From: Entomortierella parvispora E1425
Taxonomy: Eukaryota > Fungi > Mortierellomycota
NCBI GenBank assembly: GCA_020891255.1
Contig: BQFW01000006.1
Coordinates: 1,860,001-1,924,000 of the forward strand
Length of the DNA stretch: 64,000 nt
Reading direction: 5' to 3'
The notes under the pieces were generated by a model. That model saw only the letters and a program-made list of their open reading frames with translations, was not told where the DNA came from and made no database searches. Made by a program: the position numbers and the translations under genes. Shown here piece by piece: positions 24,900-36,659 of this stretch (positions are counted from its first letter, which is position 1; every line of letters begins with the position of its first letter).

Positions 24900-26251
24900 A
24901 TGCGGAGCGCCAAAGTTGAGAAGTGCTTCTCCAGGAAGGAGCTCAATGACAGGGCGCAGGTTACTGTCGTTGACTCCACACCGATTCGATTCTACATTCG
25001 TGCTGCCCAACTTCTTTTTCGACAGGTCAGTGCTTTTACATATCTCTACTTTTTGTCTCTAGATCCGAGCTATCAGTTTCCACAGGGTTCGTTCTAATGA
25101 AGTATACTGATTCACTTGTTGGATCCCTCCATAGGCCCAGATCTATCAGAATGAAGGCGATTTGCAGACATCCTATATCCAATACATGAAGTTTTGCAAG
25201 TATGTTTTGATTCCACCCGACTTGCTTTTCTCCGAGATACATGAGGCGCAGGAATGATCTTAGCCTCTGACAACATGGATTGTTTGTTTCTTTAGCCTTG
25301 CTATTTCAGATCTTCGAAAGCATCCAGAACACTCGAACCCAATCTACAAAGCGTCCTTGTCAAGCTTACGGAAGGTAAAGAGGATCTGATATCTGTGACC
25401 GCAGTGTAGCTGCTGCAAGTGGTTTACTTTCGAGACGAGTTCCAATATGAGAAATAACTTGAAAACTTTTTTTTTATGTTAGACCGCGATGAATGCTTTA
25501 GACGAGATTGAGATCCTGAAACCTATCCTGGACCGCAAATATGAGGAGTACCAGGAATATGTTCGTCAACGAGATGAGGAAGCGATGCAGGAAGCCCTGG
25601 AGGCTCAATTGATTCATGACAGTCAGCGACAGATTGAACTGGAAAGAATGAGGAAGGAACAGCAAGACGCCCTCTGGGCTCAAAATATGCCAAGCCAAGA
25701 CTGGTCGATTCAAAAGGCTCTTGAAGGCGTTGTTGGCGTCAACTCGATGCAGCATTCACACCACTATCAGCACCAACATCCTCACCATGGAGTACAGGAG
25801 GTATGTGGTCTGGATTGGAGTTTCTGGAAAAGTACGGAGAGGTTCTAACCTGGAGTTGTCACTCTGGATACGATAGATCCAATACCCAGAACATCATCGT
25901 CAGCCCCACCACTCAACCCTTATTCGTCAGCCAAGCCTTCCGCCAACACCGACAGGTCCTGCACCTGCTATACCAAGGAAAACTCCTATCCCTGGAAACG
26001 TCCCAAAGCTTCCTCCAAAGATTAAAATTGAGGAGGATGTCCATGGTAAGCTGAGCTATATTCAACCGGTTAAACCTGAAGAGTGATATCCTTAACACTT
26101 TCATCTGTCTATTTAGAATTTTCTGAAGGCTTGAGGACAATGATTGTCCCAATCAGACTATTGGATCGGTTTTTGAATATTGTTCGTCCCAACACGCTGA
26201 AGAAACTGGAGACCTGTGGAATCTTGGCAGGCGTTCTGGTAAACATTCTTC

Positions 26252-26286
<35 letters not shown>

Positions 26287-27052
26287 CTGCAAAAAGTGCT
26301 GCGTTCGCGCGACCATGCAAGGAAAACAGCCCACTAATCATCGTGCCTCATCCGCCCATTGCCACGTAGTCTCGGAACAAGTTAACGGTCACAACACTCA
26401 TTATCCCCAAGCAGACAGCCACCTCCGACACTTGTTCGACGACAAATGAGGACGAATTGTTTGAATTCCAGATGGAAAGGGACCTGATGACACTTGGATG
26501 GATCCATGTAAGTCGGTTGCTAAACGGCAGGACCACGGCATGTGATTTATTGAGACGATTTGTTCGGTCAACCTTACACTTCCAACTTTCATTTGTAGAC
26601 ACACCCTACTCAAACCTGCTTTATGAGTTCCGTGGATCTTCATACACACTGCTCCTATCAGCTAATGCTCCCAGAGGCCATTGCAATTGTGTGTGCCCCT
26701 AGTCACGAAAAAGAGTAAGGAGGTGTCTCTGGCAATACATGCCTGTGTGACTTTGACTCTTGTCTTGTACTTGCTAATGTCTGCTTTTGAACCTTCCAGC
26801 TATGGAGTATTTAGGCTGACGGATCCTCCCGGACTTCAAGTGATCACCAACTGTCGCCAAAAACCATTATTCCATCAACATCCAGGCGAAGACGACATTT
26901 ACACCGTAAGTTGTATATGTTTCCCATTTTTCATTAATAATCTGAGTACTAAGACCTTTGCGGATTAAATTAAAACATAGGATGCCTGCGATCGTGGACA
27001 TGTGGAATTGGTGGACATGGATTTAGATATTGTAGATATGCGGAACAAGTAG
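24900..27052 (+). CDS. STAMBP: AMSH/STAMBP-like JAMM deubiquitinase (N-terminal MIT/USP8-dimer domain)
   Basis: 10 exons: 24900-25025, 25135-25199, 25296-25374, 25483-25800, 25877-26045, 26117-26238, 26370-26507, 26599-26714, 26800-26905, 26981-27052. JAMM motifs LETCGILAG and [21 protein letters not shown], plus [11 protein letters not shown]. Confidence 0.92.
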
Positions 27053-27290
27053 TAGAAGTGACGATAAAGATATGTGGGGACAGTATTGTCACCACAACCC
27101 GAAATCAGAAGAAAGTCAAGAAACTAGTGCGGCAACTGAAATTGTGGAGATCCACGGTGTGGAGAAATTCAGACAAGTTGAAAAGCAGCTCAAGGAAGGC
27201 TGAGGTTGAAATGAGAACAAAGGGCTCCTACAGTACTCACATCCTACAATTTCAAGGAGCTGCAGTATACTATAGGTCCTTGTTGCAATC

Positions 27291-27836
27291 CTATTTCTGC
27301 TCATCTCCGTGGGACCCCTGCTCGACTTCTTGCCCGTCTTGTTGATCGTCCTGTCGCTCTTTGTATGAAACGACACCCTCATAACCTAGGACTGAATGCA
27401 CAGTGATGATAAGTTTTTTCCCTTGCTCAAAATCATTTTGGATGTCGACTCCAAGAGACCTGTTGGGGAGCAGGACTCTGTCGTTGACTTCGTCATCGTC
27501 CTCGACGAGTGGCAGGAGCCTTAGGTAGATACCGTCTTTATAAATGAAGCCCAACAGGATGTATTCTGTCGAGTTAACGTCTCTTGGGACATGGACCGGA
27601 TGGGCACCTCGATGCCAGGAACGGAGAACTTCCTCGATTTTTTTGCCAGTGACGAGATCGATAGCAAGGTAAAAGATCTTTGGGTGGCCGACCTTGCCCA
27701 TTTTTGACCAGGCGACTTCAAGGATTTTAGCAGGTTTGCCGTTGATAATAGCGTAGTCGCCCTTTTTGAGGCTCTTGGATTCAACGATGTATGTTAGGGA
27801 CGACGAATCATCGTTGCTAGTGACTGACTGCTCCAT
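27291..27836 (-). CDS. Divergent, intronless eIF5A-like protein
   Basis: LKKGDYAIINGKPAKILEV, SKMGKVGHPK (canonical SKTGKHGHAK), IDLVTGKKIE, EYILL. Same domain order as eIF5A. Confidence 0.8.
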   Translation of the reverse strand: MEQSVTSNDDSSSLTYIVESKSLKKGDYAIINGKPAKILEVAWSKMGKVGHPKIFYLAIDLVTGKKIEEVLRSWHRGAHPVHVPRDVNSTEYILLGFIYKDGIYLRLLPLVEDDDEVNDRVLLPNRSLGVDIQNDFEQGKKLIITVHSVLGYEGVVSYKERQDDQQDGQEVEQGSHGDEQK

Positions 27837-28181
27837 CGGTGGGAGCGGAGGAGGTCAAGAGATAAAAAGAGAGGGAGTAGGTAGAGGGGAGGGGGGAAGA
27901 GAGGAAAGAAAAAAGAAAGAAAAAGAGGGGACGAAAAGAAATGAAAAAGACACGGTGCGTTGGTGGCAGTGCCTCCGCTCCGGAGGCGACGCAGTCTGGG
28001 AGATGACGGTGCGTTGTGCCTGGAGTCCTAGGCAAGATAAACTGAGGCCACCGACCTAGGGACTATGAAGAGCAATGATAGGTACATGTGCTATCCAGGC
28101 TCGGGCAGGCCATAGGTGATCCCATGCGAGCCGAGTCTGGTGGACCACCGTGTCGGTCATTGGTCCGTCTGGTTTGTGTGA

Positions 28182-28220
28182 GTGTGCAGGTGTGCAGGTG
28201 TGCAGGTGTGCAGGTGCAGG
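28182..28220. repeat. Tandem 8-bp repeat (GTGTGCAG)x4 plus a partial unit
   Basis: Read directly from the sequence, in the divergent intergenic region between the eIF5A-like gene and MMSDH. Confidence 0.85.
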
Positions 28221-28455
28221 GCGCGCCTCCCACCCCGCTGAACACACACCCCCGCTGCACTTCAAAGAAGAAAAAATTAAAGAGCCTCCATCAATCAACC
28301 AAGCCGTGGGAAGAAATATGGGCGTCCTTTTCACCGCCCGCTCAACCCCTCAACACAACACTTCTTCTCCCCCGTCTCTTCTCTTCTTCCCCCACTCCTC
28401 TCCTCTCCACTCCTGTCTCTTCATCCTCATCCCCCATCCCTTTTGCATCTTCGTC

Positions 28456-30256
28456 ATGCTCTCCTACGCCGCCATCCGTCGTGTCTCGGCCTCGCCCGCC
28501 TTCAAGCGCGCCATCTCTACTTCTCGCCCTGCTCTCTTTGCGGCACAGGCCTCCATCCCCCGCACAAAGCTCTTCATCAATGGCGAGTTCATCGACTCAA
28601 AGACCGACAAGTGGATCGAGCTCCGCAACCCCGTACGTGCCATGGCTACAACACGAATCTGGAACTAGATGAGAAGAGCACCCTTTCTCCACAATCCACT
28701 CCTCTTGATTTACTGACATGACTTCATCTCATTCGTTAGGCCACCCAAGAGATTGTGACCTTGGTTCCCGAGGCAACCCCTGAGGAGCTCAAATATGCCG
28801 CTGACTCTGCAGCTGAGGCCTTCAAGACCTGGAAGAAGACTTCGATCCTCCACCGCCAGCGCAAGATGCTTGATCTCCAGCTCTTGATCCGTGACAACAT
28901 GGACAGGATTGCTCACTCCATTACCTTGGAGCAGGGCAAGACCTTGGCTGATGCCCGCGGTGATGTTCTTCGTGGTCTTCAGGTCGTCGAGTCTGCTTGC
29001 GCCATCCCCCATATGCTGTTGGGCGATAACCTCGAGGTCGCTACCGATATGGACACCTATACCATTCGCGAGCCTCTCGGCGTCGTTGGTGGTATTACCC
29101 CCTTCAACTTCCCTGCCATGATCCCCCTGTGGATGTTCCCCCTTGCCAACGTTATTGGTAACACCTGCGTTCTCAAGCCCTCCGAGAAGGACCCTGGTGC
29201 CACCATGATCTTGGCTGAGCTCGCTCAAAAGGCCGGCATCCCTGCCGGTGTCCTCAACATCGTTCACGGCGCCAAGGACACTGTCAACTTTATCTGCGAT
29301 AACGAGCACATCAAGGCCATCTCCTTTGTCGGATCTGACCAGGCTGGTCATTACATTCACGAGCGTGGCTCGCGTAACGGCAAGCGTGTCCAGGTATGTT
29401 TTGTTGTTGTTGTTGTTGTTGTTGTTGTTCTCCCTGAATGCTGTGCAAATACTTTCCAACAAAACAACTGATAAATGTCTCCATGTCCTTACAGGCCAAC
29501 TTGGGTGCCAAGAACCACGGTATCATCATGCCCGATGCCAACAAGAACCACACCTTGAACCAGCTCACTGGTGCTGCCTTCGGTGCTGCCGGCCAGCGTT
29601 GCATGGCTCTTTCGACCGTTATCTTTGTTGGAAAGGCCAAGGAGTGGCTCCCCGAGTTGGTTGAGCGTGCCCAGAAGCTCAAGGTCTCTTCCGGATTCGA
29701 AGCTGATGCTGATCTCGGTCCTTTGATCTCGCCCGAAGCCCTCAAGCGTGTTGAGCGTTTGGTCGAGTCCGGTGTGAAGGAGGGTGCCGATCTGGTCTTG
29801 GACGGCCGTGGTATCAAGGTCCAGAAGTACGAAAAGGGCAACTTCATCGGACCCACCATCTTGACCAACGTCACTACCGATATGGAGTGCTACCGTGAGG
29901 AGATCTTTGGTCCCGTCCTTGTCTGCTTGAACGCTGACACCCTTGATGAGGCTGTCCAGATCATCAACAAGAACCAGTATGGTAACGGTACCGCTATCTT
30001 CACCCAGAGCGGAGCCACTGCTCGCAAGTTCTCCCACGAGGTTGATGCTGGTCAGGTTGGTATCAACGTCCCCATTCCCGTGCCATTGCCCATGTTCTCC
30101 TTCACTGGATCCCGTGGTTCGATCCGTGGCGATGTCAACTTTTACGGAAAGGCCGGTGTCAGCTTCTACACCTCGACCAAGACCGTCACTGCTCTCTGGC
30201 GCCACGAGGATGCCGATGCAAGCGAGTCTGCTGTCAACATGCCCACTATGAAGTAA
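28456..30256 (+). CDS. ALDH6A1: Methylmalonate/malonate-semialdehyde dehydrogenase (CoA-acylating), mitochondrial precursor
   Basis: Exons 28456-28632, 28740-29393, 29495-30256. [24 protein letters not shown], catalytic [26 protein letters not shown]. Arg-rich presequence. Confidence 0.96.
29401..29429. repeat. (TTG)n microsatellite in MMSDH intron 2
   Basis: Read directly from the sequence. Confidence 0.85.
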
Positions 30257-30892
30257 ACGAGGATTCCAAAAGGGAATCAAAGTCGGCACTTTTTCTCCAC
30301 CCAACCAATGTACCATAATCTAGAAAACAAAACACAAAAAATAACTCTTTCACTCAAATACATTCATTGTCCGCATTTTGAGCCATGAAGCAAGGAGATG
30401 AGAGTACCGAAGCGATCCTTCCGTGAGGCATCAACAAAGGTGCTCGCCCCGGGCGTTCTAGACGCGCTCTTGAACCTAGTTCTCTGCAAGAGATGAGTAT
30501 GTCTGTGTGTGTGTATGTGTATGTGTGTGTGTACAGTTACGGTACCATAGGCAGCAACCCGAGCCGGGTTCAAAAAGTTCAAGTTACTCGAGCACTTTAA
30601 TCTGCATTGCCAAGAACGACGCTTTACAAGTCGTTGATTTGCCTCTGGACGTTCCGACCAGAAAACTCGTGGGGTGTGGGGTTTCTGAATTCTCAACAAA
30701 TACAGTCGGTTGAAGGCATTTCATTCGTCTTCCTCTTATGCCCATTTGAATCTGCTTCTTATACCCCATTGTCCATCCTTCCCTCATTCACTTCACACAT
30801 TCTCCTCCATCTCTTGTCCAGGCACAAAGGCTCCTACCTCCCCCTTCAAAGAAAATAGAATTTGTGGAGAACGTAATACACAAGTCTGAAAA

Positions 30893-33177
30893 ATGTTTGC
30901 TCCAAAGTCTGCAGTAATCAAAAGCGTCCTGTCGACCCTGGATGCTGTTTCGCGTCTGACCCACCTGCCCGAGGAGGGCAAGGCACCTTGGAATCATGCC
31001 AAGGATTCGCAAGAACATTACGATTACATCGTCCTTGGTGGTAAGCGCTCTTACATCTTTGATCCGCTTGTCCGCCCGCCTTCCTTCACTGATTGGTACT
31101 CATTGTCATTCTCTATTTAAAAACATAAGGTGGGAGTGCTGGCTGCGTGGTTGCTAATAGACTGGCGGAGGATCCCAAAGTCAAGGTTTTGGTTCTAGAG
31201 GCCGGATACTCTGACGAATTCATGTCGAGCAAAACACCAGCCGTTTACATTATGACTATCGATTCCGCCACGGACTGGAAATTCAGGACCGTCCCCCAGC
31301 GGTATGCCAACAACCGAGTGATGAAGCAGCCTCGCGGAAAGATGCTCGGCGGCACTTCCTCCATGAACGCCATGATGTACCATCGTGGACCAGCCTCAGA
31401 TTACGATGAGTGGGTGGCCCTGGGAAACCCAGGCTGGTCTTACAAGGAATGTCTACCCTATTTCAAAAAATCTGAAGGATTCAAGGATCCCACCGTGCTG
31501 AAGCCCTGCGACCAAACGACCGCTCAATCAGCCCGTGTGACGAAATCACAGTATGAGACGCACGATCCGGAGTACCACGGAACAGAAGGTCCTTGGCAGG
31601 TCTCCTTCCACCATTTGTACGACAGCTCCGAAGGTTTTATCCGAGCAAACGAAAAAGAGGGCGTCAAATTCAACAAAGACTTCAATGGCGAATCGACCTT
31701 GGGCGTGAACCGAATCCAGACATTTATTCAAACGGATGCAGTGAGAAGTTCACTCTCGAGAGCGTTTTTGAAGCCCAAGGAGGTGGTCCCAGGAGGACCC
31801 AGCTACGGTCAGAGAGGCACTATTCGTGTTGTGTATGGAGCAACCATCCGACGGGTTTTGGTTCAGTCGAGAAAGGGTGTCAGGGTCGCCTGTGGAGCAG
31901 AATTTGTGGATCATAATAATGGTAAGCCCTCATCCCCCTTTATTTTTGTCTCTTTACGGGATGAACGCGTTGGACAGAACAAACAACAGCAGCTCACAAG
32001 ATTATTGCTACTCGTTTTTCCTACTCTTCAAAAGTTGTGCGACAGGTCATGGCTGTCCGCGAGGTCTTGCTTTGTGCCGGCGCTTTCGGATCCCCCCATA
32101 TTCTCTTAGCTTCAGGAATTGGGCCCTCTCCTCTGCCCTCCATCCCCCACATCCACAAGTTGCCTGGCGTAGGCGCCAACTTGGCTGATCATCTCGGGCT
32201 CACGCTAATCTTTAAGGCCCGAAATCGCTGCGCTACCGCACATCAGGACCTTCATTATGGCCGTGCGCTTGCGACCTTTCTCCAATATCAATTCCGGGGC
32301 ACTGGTGGTCTGTCAAGCCAAATGGGTGAGGCAGTGAACTTTGTCAGACTGGAAGACTTTGCTCCCGAATTTGTGGCAAGAGAGAAGGCTCAGGGGACAT
32401 ATTTTGAAAGAGCCAGTGGACCCCAGTCGCCTCATTTCGAGATCATTTTCGCGCCGTATTACTTCAAGGAGCATGGCGATATCTTGGCCCCTGACAACAA
32501 GGTCTATTACACCTTGATTGCTTTATTATTGAACCCTCGGTCTGCTGGAACTCTCAAGATTGCACCTTCCAAGAGCAAGAAAAAGACCGTGGTTAAGAAC
32601 TCTCCTCAGGGCACCGCTATCCTGGACGAGATGGAGACGGTGATCGACCCCCATTATCTGGAGGATGAATGGGATGTGAAGTGCTTTGCAGAGGCGGTCA
32701 AGTTTATTAGAAAGATTGCCAAAAGAATGAGCGAAGACCCAGAAATTGGTGGACAGGAAGTTCACCCTGGTGTGAGTGCCGTTCCAGACCACGATGAAAA
32801 AGCGATACAGGGATTTGTGAGAAGTAAGGTCGAGACCTACTACCATCCGACGTCGACCTGCAGGATGGGACCATCCTCGGACCCTCTAGCAGTTGTAGAT
32901 GCTAGGTTGAATGTGTACGGTATTGATCGATTGAGGGTCATTGACGCCAGTGTCATGCCCAAGCTGCCAGGTAAAAAGGAAGACCGCACTCACAAGATAT
33001 GAACTGCGTGAGACCTGCTCCAACGGTCTAATGGTAATCTTTCTTCTTTTTTTTCCATTAGCCGCTCATACCTGCGCTCCAACGGTCATGATTGCAGAGC
33101 GCGCGTCGGATATGATCAAGGAGGACTGGCAAGACCCAGCTGCGAGAACTACACAGGCGACTGTTGCTCGCCTTTGA
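30893..33177 (+). CDS. GMC oxidoreductase, paralog 2
   Basis: Exons 30893-31040, 31130-31921, 32035-32970, 33062-33177. [48 protein letters not shown]. Confidence 0.92.
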
Positions 33178-33507
33178 TACCCAAGTTTTGTTTTGCATTG
33201 GTGGACAATTTTGCCTTGAGCATGCTCCCGAGAAATCGGACCCGTATTTGGTGCAGATTAGTTGATTGAATAAAGAGAACCTTGAACGTCCAACATGATC
33301 GTGGAACCGTGCCAAGTGGGTGGGGAAGGGAACAAAAAAAACAGGGACAGGCTTGCGTTCTAGCTCTGAACACAAAAAAAAAGCGGCTGAGAAATATCCG
33401 TCATTCGCTACTTTTGTGAGAGCTCAATTCTCTTTTCATGCCTCCTTTCCTTCCTCATCGCACTTTCCCTCTCCCTCCTCCTCCAAAAGAAAAAAAGCAC
33501 CGTCACC

Positions 33508-35151
33508 ATGGTCACTCACTCGACTATTCCCGAATCCAAGTACGCTCATCAAATCAAGCATGCAATTGACTCCCACAGCAAACCTCTCCGTGAACTCAGC
33601 TTGGAGGTATGTCCTGCCACGTCCTACCTCTTTTTCCTCCCCTCCAAACTCTTCAGCTCTTCCTTTTTCGAGAGGCGAATCTCATCCATCCCCTCCTTTG
33701 CTTACTGAAATGACGAGTAGATCCACAGCAAGCCCGAGCTTGGCTACCAAGAGGTCTATGCCCACAAGATCTTGACCGACTACCTCGAGGAGGTAGGATT
33801 TAAAGTGACCAGAGGCGCCTGTGACATCAAGACTGCCTTCATTGCCGAGTATGAATCTCCTGCGACTGCACCCGCCGTTGCGGCAGGCAAAAGAGTGCGC
33901 TCTGTTGGCTTTTGTTCTGAATATGATGCCCTTCCAGGAATCGGCCACGCCTGTGGGCACAACTTGATCGCGATTGTGGGCGTTGCAGCGGCGCTGGGAG
34001 TCAAGGCAGTGCTGGAGAAGGATAATTTGGTGGGCCGAGTCAGATTGCTGGGCACCCCAGCCGAAGAAACCACAGGAGGAAAATTGCTCATGATCGAACG
34101 AGGCGCGTTCGATGGTTTGGATGCTTGTCTGATGTCCCACCCTAGTCCGCGCGATGGCGTCTACAGTACCATCTTGTCGGTAGGTGGGTGCAAAGTCGAG
34201 TACTTTGGAAAAGCGTCACACGCGTCTGCTTCACCCTGGGAAGGTAAAAAAAAAAAAAAAAAAAAGTCGGAATTTGCAACCCGGGATTTGGCCCATTGCT
34301 TCGCCCTTTTCCGTTTTTTTCTTTTCTTTTTTTTTTTCTAACGGCCATGTTGATGATTGTCAATGGAACTCTAGGCATCAATGCTCTCGATGCCATGGTC
34401 ATGACCTACAATGGTCTTGCGCTTCTTCGTCAACAGACAATGCCCACATCCCGAATCCATTGCATTATCACAAGCGGTGGCCAGGCTGCCAACAGTAGGT
34501 CATCGATGCATGGTCGTTGACTCGTACAGCTCAACACCCTAGCTAACCTTCAGTCATATACTCTCAATTGCAATAGTCATCCCTGATTACGCATCCGGAA
34601 AGATTATGTACCGGGCTGTGACCGTTGTAGACAACAACAAACTGTTTGAGAGCATCCAACAGATCATCGAGGCCTCCGCTGATGCCACTGGCTGTACCGT
34701 CAAGATCACCCGAGAGATGGAATACTTGCCCATGCCCAACAACGAACACATGGCAAGCCGGTATACAGAATACATGACAGGTCTTGGAGTTCATTACCGC
34801 CCTCGCGAGGAACAGGAACGTCAACCCTCTGGGTCGACGGATATGGGCAATGTGGGCCACTACCTTCCTGGTCTTCATCCAGGATTCAACATTGTGGCCC
34901 TGAACGGAACGACTGATCCAGACATCTCCAACCATTCTATCAAGTTTACTGCTCAGGCCAAGACCGAGGTTGCCCATTTGGCCAGTCTTCGGTCTGCCAA
35001 GGGATTGGCAATGACGGGGCTGGATGTGTTGATCGAGCCTGGCTTTGCGGAGGCTGTGAAAGAGGATTTTGAGAAAATCCCAAAGACATCGGCAGAGGAT
35101 TACAAGATGGCCAGAGCGGCCATCAGCGCCGGTGGATGTGGTTGCCACTGA
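33508..35151 (+). CDS. PM20D2: Peptidase M20D amidohydrolase (PM20D2/ACY1L2-like), paralog 1
   Basis: Exons 33508-33606, 33721-34243, 34375-34494, 34577-35151. EYDALPGIGHACGHNLIA, GTPAEE, HASASPWEGINALDA, GSTDMGNV. Confidence 0.9.
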
Positions 35152-35408
35152 GTAATTAAAGAAAGGCGATCGGTAACCACTTTTTCCACAGAAAATGTAT
35201 TAAATACCCTTCAAGGCGAAGTGCAAGGGTGGAACGATGGGAGAAGAGGAGTTTTCTCAATTGAGAAGGAGGGAAAAAAAGTTCATTTGACCACTTGCAC
35301 TTACGGAGAGTCAATTAAGGGTATATGATGATTTCTTAAGGGTCTAGCGTTTAGATGGTATTGAGTTCAAATACGTCAAGAAAAAATTTCTTTCATCGAA
35401 AACATCTT

Positions 35409-35481
35409 GCTCGCTTAGCTTAGTCGGTAGAGCGTTGTGCTAATAACGCAAAGGCCGCAGGTTCGATCCCTGCAGTGAGCA
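35409..35481 (+). tRNA. tRNA-Ile-AAT: tRNA-Ile, anticodon AAT, copy 1
   Basis: 73-nt cloverleaf GCTCGCT...AGTGAGC-A. Anticodon arm TTGTG-CTAATAA-CGCAA, T-loop GGTTCGATCC, TTTCCTTTT downstream. Confidence 0.96.
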
Positions 35482-35898
35482 TTTCCTTTTGCCTCTCTTC
35501 ATCAGCTCCTAAGTCCGTCACTGGAGGGCCGATCAAGCTTTTTTTTTTCGGCGCGCGCTTTGTGTCATCCTTTGCCGTAAAAAGATGTAAAGGTACGACA
35601 GACCGGGTGGGCCAACGAATGACTGACTGCTGTAACCGTCCCACCGGTGGAGGAGAATTCTAGACCGCGTTTCCTGGCATTACATTCAGATCCAAAGAGC
35701 TGAGATGTACTTGGACAGGACCGGACCAAATCAGCTAATCGCGATCAAAAAGATCAAACTGACATTGTCTATATGAGCGGCGAGGGAGAAAGGCCGTCGT
35801 TGAGGTAATCCTTTTCTGAGCTTTGTGAGCACGCTTTCGGTACTCGTGATATGGATTTTGAAATGAGATCGACAAGGAAAAACTCGATTCCTGGCAAC

Positions 35899-36086
35899 CA
35901 CGTATTTTCAACGGGCGAATCGAATCGGATATAAGACGCGTTCGAATTCGACTCGACTTTCTCGGATCGAATAAAGAGCTGATTCGATTCGACCACTGTC
36001 GAATAGAAGATTCATCCGAATCGACTGTATTCGCCTCACGTCGAATCGAATCCGGATCGAATGTCGAATTTTTCTGAAAATACGTG
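35899..36086. mobile_element. Putative MITE-like element, 188 bp, with 12-bp terminal inverted repeats
   Basis: CACGTATTTTCA (35899-35910) and TGAAAATACGTG (36075-36086) enclose about a dozen TCGA/CGAAT motifs. No target-site duplication seen. Confidence 0.45.
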
Positions 36087-36586
36087 CTGACTGTTCTTTT
36101 TTTTTTTCTTTTTTTTTTTTTTGGCAACGCAAAGTCAAGAAACGAAGCACGGATAAAAGAACTTTTACTTTACAGCGCGGACACGCCTACATATTAGTCG
36201 ACTAAAGTTACTGTACCTGAATGTCAATGGCTGGTGCCCTCTTCCCCACGGTTTCTGTCCTAGCCAGAATTGACCGTTGTAATCCGAAGAGGCCCTCACC
36301 ATCGCTACTAAGAGTGAACAGCAAGAGTAGAAGCACTATTCCTCTTTGTGCTACGATTTCCGGTAGTCTCCCCTCAGATGGTTTCAAAGACTAAAGGAAG
36401 CATTGTCCAATGGAAGAGATGCAGTGGTTCTGAAAAAAAACGTCTTTCATTGAAACGTCTTCATTTGACCGCTTGCACTTACGGAGAGTCAATTAAGGGT
36501 ATATGATGTTTTCTTAAGGGTCTAGTGTTTTGAGAGTGCTGAGTTCAAATACGTCCAAGGAGAAAGGTCCTCATCGAAAACATCTT

Positions 36587-36659
36587 GCTCGCTTAGCTTA
36601 GTCGGTAGAGCGTTGTGCTAATAACGCAAAGGCCGCAGGTTCGATCCCTGCAGTGAGCA
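36587..36659 (+). tRNA. tRNA-Ile-AAT: tRNA-Ile, anticodon AAT, copy 2
   Basis: Sequence identical to copy 1. Confidence 0.96.

Noticed and set aside
27291-27836. HEX-1 (Woronin body protein) call for the eIF5A-like gene
   Set aside because: No C-terminal PTS1 (the protein ends EQK) and the hypusine-site Lys is retained.
28710-30316. Long antisense ORFs opposite MMSDH (and 20878-21495 opposite PHO89)
   Set aside because: Expected from strong C-ending codon bias in the sense gene. No recognisable motifs.
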